From Gonapodya sp. JEL0774 (lineage: Eukaryota), in assembly GCA_027604505.1 (NCBI GenBank), contig JADIIX010000180.1, forward strand, positions 1-36,791: a DNA stretch of 36,791 bases, in the 5' to 3' direction. Of this stretch, positions 10,401-19,503 are shown piece by piece; the first letter of the stretch is position 1; each line of letters opens with the position of its first letter. Made by a program: the position numbers and the translations under genes. Below the pieces are notes generated by a model. That model was not told the origin of the DNA and did no database searches. It saw nothing but the letters and a program-made list of their open reading frames with translations.

Positions 10401-11414
10401 TGGGATTCCTCGTAATGTGTTCGGTCACGGAAGTCTTCGCTTAGCAGTTCCATCTTATTTTCTTCCAGCAGTTCCCGATACCTTTTGATTGTAATTGCAT
10501 TAATATTCAGGTACGCTGCTGCTTGGGCGATTGCAAGCGGAAGGTTTGTGAGTTCCTTGAGGAGTTTCGCAGTGTTCAACTGATCCTCGAGCAATACTTT
10601 TCGTGTGAGGGACTTCTTAAACAACTCTGCCGCCTCCTGTCCACTCATCGCTTGCATATTGATGGTATCAACACCTGCGAGGTCCACTCCGACCTTCTGA
10701 GGGCGGGTTGTGAACAGTGTGAGTCCTTGTTCGCTCTGTGGAAGGTAGTAATCAATACCTCGTCCCTGCTTGGGGTGAAACACTACTTCTGCATCGTCGG
10801 CATTGTCTACGATCAAGAGCCACCGTCCGGCTGCGTCCTCGCTCAAATATCGCTTGACAACCTCCTTTATGTCTTCTGTTGCCCCTGTCGTAAGAGAGAT
10901 GCCAACTTTAATAGCCACCTCCTTGCACGCCTGCTCAAAGCTCTCCATGCTGAGTGCAGGAAACCAGAAGATTGAGTAGTCTTGATGTGTCCCCTTCACT
11001 CTGTACGCAAACTCGAGTGCAACTTGTGTCTTTCCCACTCCACCGAGTCCCACAAGAGCTGCCCTCTGACAATCCTCATCGTCAAAAAGTTTTCTGTTCA
11101 AGGTCGCGAGGACGTGATCCCGCCCCACAAACTGTTTGTTCCTTGAAAAGGGAATGTAGTAGTGGGGACGGGAGGAGCCGGGATTCGCATCAACTCTTGA
11201 TTGGGAAGCACTGATGACATTCATGATATTGCAGCGGTCACAGGTACGGAAAGGAAGCATGCGGACCCTTGAATGGTGGAGCTTACCTCGAGCCTTGGTT
11301 GTAAGAATTGCCGATCTGAGCGCGGCCACCTTCAATATGCTGGGAGTGTATTGTTATGTTGGTGACGTTACTCGTCGGTGCAAGCGAATTTGGAAAGGTT
11401 GTATCTCCCAGCAT
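7413..11414 (-). CDS. NLR/STAND protein: N-terminal HET-s-like amyloid motif - NB-ARC - TPR - RI-type LRR array; 13 exons: 11414-11287, 11210-9493, 9423-9328, 9212-9129, 9030-8947, 8832-8749, 8624-8541, 8424-8341, 8233-8150, 8055-7972, 7850-7767, 7665-7582, 7486-7413 (923 aa)
   Basis: Walker A GLGGVGKT, Walker B WLLIVDNAD, NLPLA, LHRLV, and kinesin-light-chain-like TPRs (LAAQHALARAYYSQGQ). All 12 introns are GT-AG and keep the frame; the exons sum to 2772 nt = 924 codons with no internal stop. Intron 9492-9424 has a GTGAGT donor, a perfect TACTAAC branch point (9460-9454) and a TAG acceptor. Confidence 0.85.
7582..9212 (-). repeat. Tandem exon-intron array: nine 84-nt phase-1 exons, each one 28-aa LRR (consensus xNSIGxAGARALAEALKTNSTLTxLxLx)
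   Basis: Each exon measures exactly 84 nt between an AG acceptor and a GTGAGT/GTGAGC/GTGAAT donor. Introns are 94-124 nt, mostly similar to each other, with CT- and CA-rich tracts on the minus strand. Confidence 0.93.
11301..11360 (-). other. Putative R0 amyloid signalling motif of the NLR (NITIHSQHIEGGRAQIGNSY)
   Basis: Alternating hydrophobic pattern and terminal [RK]-x-[QH]-[IV]-G-[NE] match the PFD repeats of the neighbouring het-S homolog. The motif is conserved in copy 1 (1884-1825, NIIIHSQHIEGDRVHIGNSN). Confidence 0.7.
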
Positions 11415-11708
11415 GGGACCGATGGGATTGGGACTGGGACGGGGGTTGGGAGGTGCCAGAGAGGGAAGACAAGGATTTGTTGGGGAATTGAAAAGGCGCA
11501 CGGTCCACACAAGAGCAGAATGGCCGAACCAACAAGGATCAATGGTTTGGAGTCCTTGGAAAGGGTCACGCGACAGGAAACCTTGCTTCGGCCAGGCCTT
11601 GGGTGGCACAGCCACTATGGCACCCCCCCATCTAGCAGAGCAAACTGGACAGAACAACTTCAATCACCAGAGGATTATTATCGCCCTCCGTTTTCACCTC
11701 CCACACTC
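11415..11708. promoter_or_regulatory. Probable bidirectional promoter between the divergent NLR and het-S-like genes (also 1951-2247)
   Basis: A ~295-bp spacer between the divergent start codons, conserved in both copies. No specific motif identified. Confidence 0.4.
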
Positions 11709-11982
11709 GTGGCAGAGGTTTTCGGGATCGTCTGTGGCGCTGTCAGTATCGCCGCTACCTTCAGCACCTGTCACAAATGCTTCAACTACGTCCAAGTCGG
11801 TCGCGGTTTCGACAAGGACATCCAAACGGAGACGCTCAACCTCGCATTGCTCAGTCGCGGTTTCGACAAGGACATCCAAACGGAGACGCTCAACCTCGCA
11901 TTGCTCAAGCTTCGCCTTTCGCGTTGGGGTGAGGCTGTCCACATTTACGACAAAGGCGGTTCAAATTTCAGTACGGGCTCCG
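11709..11982 (+). pseudogene. het-S: het-S homolog copy 2: HeLo N-terminal stub, start codon ATG->GTG, internal 54-bp tandem duplication, truncated
   Basis: (V)AEVFGIVCGAVSIAATFSTCHKCFNYVQVGRGFDKDIQTETLNLALL-SRGFDKDIQTETLNLALL-KLRLSRWGEAVHIYDK. Homology to copy 1 ends near 11982. Confidence 0.88.
11800..11907 (+). repeat. Perfect 54-bp tandem duplication (11800-11853, 11854-11907)
   Basis: GTCGCGGTTTCGACAAGGACATCCAAACGGAGACGCTCAACCTCGCATTGCTCA twice. Confidence 0.95.
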
Positions 11983-12355
11983 CAAAGCTGTTGGAGAGAC
12001 TGAACTTTTGATGCTATGTTTCGGCTCACGAAAGGGGTCAGCTGAGAGGAAAGACGTGCACGTAGTGAACGATTCACATATGGAAAGCGGAAGAGCCCAC
12101 GTCAACACTGCGTACATAAGAGGAAAGAAGATAAAGCAGAATGTGGAGCTGTTGGACATTAAACAACCACCGAGATTGGCTCACAAGAGCCCAAAGTGCA
12201 CGCACGAATGATACTGAGATCTCTGCGAGATACAGACTGGCCACCAAGGTTCGTAAACTACAATTACTATCCGAGATCAAGCACCCGATCGGTACGAAAA
12301 CACCATCCCGCCCCTCCTGGACTTCTCCTCCATCGGGTGAATTTTGTGTGCGAAG

Positions 12356-15300
12356 GCGTCGGGACCTCATTGGAGCGGAGGGAGTTGTGCGGAGACACTA
12401 TGCGATCGGGGTCGGTAGGATGTGGGAAGTAAGAGTAAACGGGCGAGTGGGATGAACGAATGGGGGACTTGGGACGCGCACTACTCCTTGTAAGATCCTC
12501 ACTTTATCCTTCTTGCTTGACATCTTCTCCTTCCTCCATTTTGTCGTCGAAGGGAGTGAGAAAGTTGCTGTGCATTGTCACAGAGGTGAACAGACAATGC
12601 AGACGTCGGTTTTTGGTAGGGGGTAGGGGCCGCAGGGGAAGCGGGGAGCAGGTGCAGACGGACTTTACTTCTTGTTCCACGTATACCATGCTACGTCTGC
12701 TCTCTCCCATTGCACTGCATTTTCCATCTCATGTTTCCTTCCCACCTCCCCACTTCTCCACTCAGACCATTGCCGTGCGTCCCGGAATCACTGATTACCT
12801 CCCAGAAACCCCTGATAAGCCGTATCATTATTCTGTGTAACTAGCCCAAGTATCCTACCAGATGTATCTGCCCTGGAGTCTGCCGGGAGGAGGATAGATG
12901 GGATGCAAAGTGCGGAATTGAAAACGGTGCGGGGTGGTGGGTATTTCACATATAAAGGCGTTGGATCTTCAAGATCACTTGGCAGTCGGCTGTTCTGAAC
13001 GTATTTCTCCACCGCTTCTTGCCCTTCAACATTCCACCCTCAATATTACCTGCTGAAGCCTACAACACACCCCTGTCAGTGAATAAACTGGGACTGGGGT
13101 CCCTGGTACTTACTTATCCTTCTCGGCATCCAGTCCCGGATGACTAGTGCAGCCTCCACCATTCCTACGACTGACCTGCTCACATTGTTGCCAATAAATT
13201 CGGCACCTGCGGCTGCATGACGCCAGTCCTCAATGATCCAACCACCTTACCGCTGGACTTCGGGTACCCCCACCTGCACACTAAATTCATGATACATTAC
13301 TGATTGATTATGCTGTGGGAAGGAGGGCGACGTTGGTGCCCATGAACAGAAGAGATAAGTTTCAATGACTGCCGAAATTGAAAGAATGAAGAATCGCGGA
13401 TATTGGATGAATCAAGAACGGCTTTAAATAAGCGAGGATGAAGAGAGTGTGAACAGAGTGTGCGAAAGACGGAAAGGGAGGTCCTGAACTTCTTCATTAC
13501 ACAAGAGCGAAATCCCTAAACGGCAATCATGTATTGTTTGCCTTTCATCTCCTGATTTATTCCCTGATTTCACTGAAGACAGCAAAGAAGAAGGCCACCC
13601 CTTGTGACCATGATCCAGTGACAGTCACTCCACTTGGCCACACTGATGGCAGTCAGTCCAGATGAACTCGACCAGCAAGAAAAACATATAAATGTACGAA
13701 CCAGAATAGATAGGAATAGATATCCAGATACATTCACCACCCTCGCGTTCCAATGGTGATCCTCTGATTGAGCAACCAGCATGCCTTACGCATCCACCAT
13801 CGGAGGCCACCAGCGTACACTAATAAAATTAATGTATCACCAGGGCATTGACCGACTATATGAAGCAGAGTCCTGCTAGCCTCATCAAGTGGATACTTGT
13901 CAGCTGCTGGCCATCGTTGGGTGTCAGCTGAGGGCACATCACCCTATCCCGGATGACGTGCTCTCAAACGACATTGCCCACTCTTCAAGCAACCGAAAGC
14001 TATCGAAACTCATCCCTCTTGTGAATGAGTGTTCGAACACCGGAAAGCTCAACTCCGCCCCATACCAAAGGATAGGGTGATATGCTCTCAAAGGACAAAA
14101 CCCCATCACAAAAGATGGTGTGATATGTTCTGAAGTGACAATGCCCACTCTTCAAGCAAGGCAACGCATGCTGTTGGGACTCATCAGTCCCGCTGGCTGA
14201 GCGCCTGTGCCCCCCCACGCCGACGCAGCCGTAATAACGGAAGTGGCCTGACTATCAACCGGACTCGGGTCTCTCTTGATGGCGAAACTTGTTGGCGAGA
14301 CTTGTCCCCGACCAGTCACCACAGCTCAGTGAGAATCCAGATGGTGATGTAGCGGTACGGACGAGGTGTGGTGTTGCCCGTTGGAGAGGGGTCGTGGGAG
14401 CGAGGGAGGAAGGGCGAGAAGAGAGAACTGGTGGGGGTCGGCTCGCGCGGACGTGATGTGGGATGTGCTTCGGTGGGGGAACATATCACTGGACGATGAA
14501 TGACACGACGACGTGCCCAAACGGCTGCGGGGAACTCACCAGCCGCCCCATCCTCCACCTCCTCCAGCTTGACGTCATCCCGTCCAGAAGATCAAGCCCT
14601 CCACCCTCCTTGTTCGATTCAGACTCGGCCACGAACCCCAAGAGCGAAGAGTCCAGCGAAGGGAATGGAAGAACGGTGAGCGCACCTGATACGGGGAACG
14701 GTGTTGGTCGGTGGAGCGGATGTTCGACATAGTCCCTGTCAGGATAAGTAAGTGTAGAATCTAAAAACATATCGGAGCAAAGAAAGCAACGCGGGAAAAT
14801 GAGTACTTCCAAAATCAGGTGTCAGCACAACAAGAACAGTCGCACGTACCATCGTCCTACGACTCCCTCCTTGTCCCTGACCACACCATGACGGAGTACC
14901 CACATGCCCATTCCCCGTTCCGCTGGCTTTGCTCTCATCCACCCCATCCTGCTCCATCATGTTCACACTCCCGTTACTCCCTGCTCCCCTGTTCGTGCTC
15001 TGCTTCCTCCCCGTCAACTTCGCAAACGTCCACTGAAGGAAGTTCCGTTTCGGGGGAGTACAATGCCCGGGATTGGAGGTGGAGGCGGCTGTGGGTGGCA
15101 CAGTTGTCGCCGATTGTGATGCTGCTCCAGCTCCCGACACCCCGGACAATTCCAACTCAGTCCGTCCAGTGTCCACACCGGCATCACCCTCCACACTTCT
15201 CTCCCCATCGCTCAACCTCGGACTCGGACGCGTCTTAGCCTCCGCAGTCTCCCCCGCTCACTCCATCTCACCCACTGGCCTTCTGCCGCTTGACCCCGCT

Positions 15301-17443
15301 CTCGTTCCACCCAGCCCCGAACCCCATCACCATCGTCAACGACATGGAACTGAAAGTGGACACTCCGAGCCCCAGCGTCCCGTACTCGCACGGACCATGA
15401 TGTTCCACTTGGTATGGTTCTGCAGGGACGTGGTCCGTCTCGGCATCGTGGCCGTGTCTTGGGGACCATCGCTGTTGCTCTGGGGGTGGTCGGCGCACTG
15501 GATGTGGACGTGCGCGATGGAGACGGCTACGGTTGTTTCAAATGCCCCGAAGCGCGGTCGGCGGTACGGGATCGGGGAGGGCAGTCTGACACCCCGCAGC
15601 CCGTGACCACTTGTGGGAGTAGGCGCTGACGCCACGGAGGCGTGCGACTCCTTGAACCGGCAGGGTTCGAGCTTGTTGAGGAGGGACTCGAGGATGGTGG
15701 TGCGAGCGGCGGTCGGGGTTTGTGCCGGACTGGGCGGCGTGGGTGTCTCCAGGCGTCAGTGTCAGTGTGAGATCGTCCACCCTGGCCAACTCCGCTTTAT
15801 CGTCGTCATCGTCCGTCGTGGTGGACTCCGACTTCGTGTCACTGCTCGCCACGTTGGCCATCTGCACCAACACCACCTGTACCAAACTGCTGAGCTGGTG
15901 CTGTGGTGCCGCTCCCCCACCTCCAACACCCGACACCGTCGACGCAGACACAATCGACACAGGCTTTCTGATCACGTTCCCGCCGCCGCCACTGTCGCAA
16001 TGGTGACCATTGGGGCCGCTAGGGGGAACCTCGCTCCTGTGATCGTGTCTGTGTACGACGCACCCGACGGCGACGAGCCTGGCACACGCGATCGTGTCTG
16101 TGTACGACACACCCGACTACGACGAGCTTGTCGACATGGTCGAGAACGATGGACGACGACGAGCTTGTGCACACGGCCGAGGACGCTGAGGCCGTGGTGG
16201 CGAGCGAGGTGAGCGAGTGGGACGAGAGGAGGGAGGCGGAGGGGAAGCGGGTCCAGGTGTTGGAAGCGGGTCCTGGTGGTGGAAGCGGGTCGAGGTGGTG
16301 GCTTGGGTCAGGGACGCCGGGTCTGCATCATTTGAGGATGAGGAATCGGTTGGGTAAGTCGTACACATCCACCACCAACCTGACGCAGCCCACCAACTTA
16401 CGCGTGGTCGTCCAACTCCCTGCCTCATCCCCCCAATTTCGTGCCCATCCTTCCCCCTCCCCCCTCCGCAGGGGATGCGGCGGGTCAGGTGGTGACGGTG
16501 ATGAGTATGAACGGGACGTCGAAGGAGGAGGTGGTGGCGGTTAGGAAGGAGACGACGGATGTGGTGGGCCGAGGTTGGGGGAGGTGGGAGGTGGTCGGTG
16601 TACTTGGCGGCACGAAGTACGGAAGCGCCGAAGCGCCGCCGACATGTTGGACGCCAGGAACCCGGGTCATTCCGATCCACAGGATGAGATGAGCTGGTCC
16701 CTGTCCCTATCCACCACAACCGCGGCGCCTGCCGGGGTGGACAACGACTTTCCTTGTTTTAGCAACCTCAGTTCCATCATGGCCATGCTCTAAAGGTTCG
16801 GACAACGATGGGAGGAGTACACGAGTGCTTTGGGTGGGGACAGCAGTACGCGGTGTTTGGGGTGTGGAGTGCGAGGTGGCTCGAGGACAGTGGTGTGGAT
16901 TCCGAGTGAGTGCACCAGGACAGGCAGGCGAGCGGGCAGCTGACATGTTGTATATTGAGCCATGACTGGCACCTGACATGTTGGATATTGAGCGATGAGC
17001 GGAGTCGGCCAAAAGTGGTGGTGGCTTTGGTAGCGGTGAGGGACGGAGGATTGGACGAGTGGGAACAGCTGCCCTTTCCGGACGAGTCGTGCCAGCGGTG
17101 GCGGGTGTGGGAGTGGGATGCAATGGGTGCGCCGGTTGGGTCGGTTTTGGGTCGGGGTTGATGATGCAACCCAATGAGGCGGGATCGGAAGTATGGTTGG
17201 AACAAGGCCACAGAGTGCAGAGTGCAGGAAGTCCAAACTCACGGAGCGATTCACGAGTGCGAGTTGCATGTACCAGAAGATGCCCGAGTCAAATACGAAC
17301 AGGCGTCTGCAGAGGAATAAGGGAGCGTTCGCACATGAAGCACCTCGGCATGTCCACATGCCAGCAAATGCTTACCAACAATCATAAGCCCCACGGAGTG
17401 AAGCGGCAACCGCCTCTACAGTCAGTCATTGGCGCACGCTTCA
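12356..17443. repeat. ~5-kb segmental duplication, copy A
   Basis: Starts GCGTCGGGACCTCATTGGAGCGGAGGG and ends CTACAGTCAGTCATT-GCGCACGCTTCA, as in 28631-33808. The first ~2 kb are nearly identical and the distal part is more diverged. Confidence 0.92.
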
Positions 17444-18498
17444 TTGAAAGTGCGTCCAGCTTGCGATAAGCTTCGCGCGATCTGAAAGATTCGAGCTATG
17501 ACAAGTCCAGGTTGGTGCGACAAACCCGTCAGCAGAAGATATCTAAGAGTAAAAGAGCTGTGAAGAGAGGACGCGCTTCCACTGAATAAGGGAGGGAGAC
17601 TGACGATAAGCTACATGAAGGAAAGGCGGCATCAAGATGTTGGTTGGACCCAACGGCTCTTTGAGAAGAAAAGTCGATAAAACCCACCTGACACGTTGTA
17701 GCAGAGACTGTTGAATGTACAGAGTGCTGCCGGCGAACAAGTAATTTGAATGGCGTGCGTTCAGGTCGACTAATCAACCCCAGCAGACGGGATAACAAGT
17801 CTCAAGTCTGAACTCGGAATAGTGAATTTTCGAGCTTGTAATCACATGCCGTAGTGTGGATGGGCGACCTGTCAGCTTCGCATCCCAAATGCACCTCTTG
17901 CACAGCGTGGTACATCGTTGAGACATCTCAACATTTCGTGAGTTACGGTGACCACAGTACAGTCGGTTTGCCCGCTCCGCCCGCGCACATAAACGGCGAA
18001 GCCGACCTCTGCAGATATGGTATATCCAATTCAATAGACATTTCTACTGTATCCAAGTATGTATATCCAAGCAGGAACTGCTACATGAAGACGGATGGGA
18101 ATGCACCGCATCCCACCTCCCTCTGTATGCACTTGCGACAGTGCTACGCAGTCTGCAGGAAATCCCGCCCACCCTACCCCCTTTGTGAGTATAGCACCAT
18201 GCGCCTCGAGCGTGTGTATGGTAGGCACTTAACCTACGGTTGGTCCTCGAGCCAGAATTGCACTGATGGCGTGATCCCTGCCGCACAACGATCCGCTTCT
18301 CCCGATCGGCACCACGCCGGCTCTGGTGCGAACGACTGTGGAATATGAACGAGGACAACATCTCTGCAGAGATAAAAGGTGGGTGCAGCATGACCTCGTT
18401 CCGGCCCACCTTACTTGTCAATGTTCATGTGCTTGCCGGCTTGATTGATCGGGTGTGCCCCCGGCTGTGGCCAACCCCCCCCCCCCACTGCCTCCCAC

Positions 18499-19118
18499 AT
18501 GGCATCAACCATCCCACCCACGCCTAAGGCCCTCTCTCTCTCTCTCATCACAGGGAAGAAATGCAACCGCCTCCCCACCTGCAGCTACAGCCACCCGGAC
18601 ACATCCTCGCTGACACCAGACAGGCAGATCACGGTACTCGGCGAGCAGTTCGTCAACCGCCTCAAACAATCTGACGACGGCGCCAAGGCGTCCTCCAGCA
18701 CTGGTACCAACGCCGCCAGCCACACCGAATCCCCTCACAAACGGCCCCGCACCGAAGGTGACCCTTCCCCTCACCACAGTGGCTCCTCGGCCGAATCAGC
18801 CTCACCAACATTCTCTCCAACCTCAACTCCGACCTCTCTCACCAAGTTACAAAGATGGGGGGTCAGCTAGTGAATCTGGAGCATAACATCAGCACCATTG
18901 CCTCCTCAGTCCATCCCATCGCCGTCACCCTTCCCAACCTCACCACCAAGCACGACGCCCTGAACGACGTGCTGCACAAGCTAGTTTACCGTCTGGATAC
19001 ACTGGAGGCGAACATGGTTACGCTAGGAGTAGAGGAAAACCCCAAGGACACAGATATTGGTCCTACACAGCGGAAGCACCGGTGGGAAGTGAAGCAGGAC
19101 TCTGTGGGAATCGAGTGA
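18499..19118 (+). other. Frameshifted S/P-rich plus coiled-coil ORF of unknown function (possible retroelement ORF1/gag remnant)
   Basis: Two ORFs (18445-18870, 18855-19118) abut at a G-run near 18856-18862. A heptad-like segment reads LTTKHDALNDVLHKLVYRLDTLEANM. No diagnostic motif. Confidence 0.25.
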
Positions 19119-19503
19119 AGTTGGTTTTACTTCATGTTTAGACCCCCCTCCCCATTGGCAGAACCCCATCAGGACTCCCCCTTTGGACACTGGTTGGGCC
19201 AACGCTCTCGGTTTAACATAGTCTATTAGTCTTAGCCTTGTTTCTATTATCTGGCCAGCTCGGCCTTTGGAATACACAGGGGGCGGAAATGCCCCTCTTA
19301 CGAGCCTAACCTGAGCGAGTGCAGTGTGTGCCACGATCAACTCACGTTGAAGGTGCCTCCTCGTGGTTGATCCCTGATAGAACCCAAGCACACAGGGTGG
19401 ACACCTGTTCCTCAAAAGGATCTCGCAGAAGGCCAATTTGGAGATTCCTCGACCGAAAACTCCAGTGAAATCTCCCTATTTATACCTCAGAGAATTGAAT
19501 TAA

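Noticed and set aside
9481..11214. Plus-strand ORFs overlapping the NB-ARC exon (and minus-strand ORFs over 19564-22435)
   Set aside because: These are antisense shadows of the NLR coding sequences.
11211..11335. ORF-track N-terminus MKVAALRSAILTTKARGKLHHSRV... of the 626-aa NLR (and MKVTAFTS... at 1859)
   Set aside because: It starts at a non-ATG codon and reads exon 1 in the wrong frame plus intron 11286-11211. The spliced model is conserved in both copies and yields the amyloid motif.
14300..17470. Many overlapping 60-200 aa ORFs on both strands (likewise 30600-33800 and 27600-28750)
   Set aside because: GC-rich low-complexity sequence yields long ORFs by chance, frames are not conserved between the duplicated copies, and no domain was recognised.
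19370..19480. Hammerhead-ribozyme-like CTGATAGA followed by an ACCC/GGGT stem
   Set aside because: The core deviates from CUGANGA and the required GAAA does not follow the stem.
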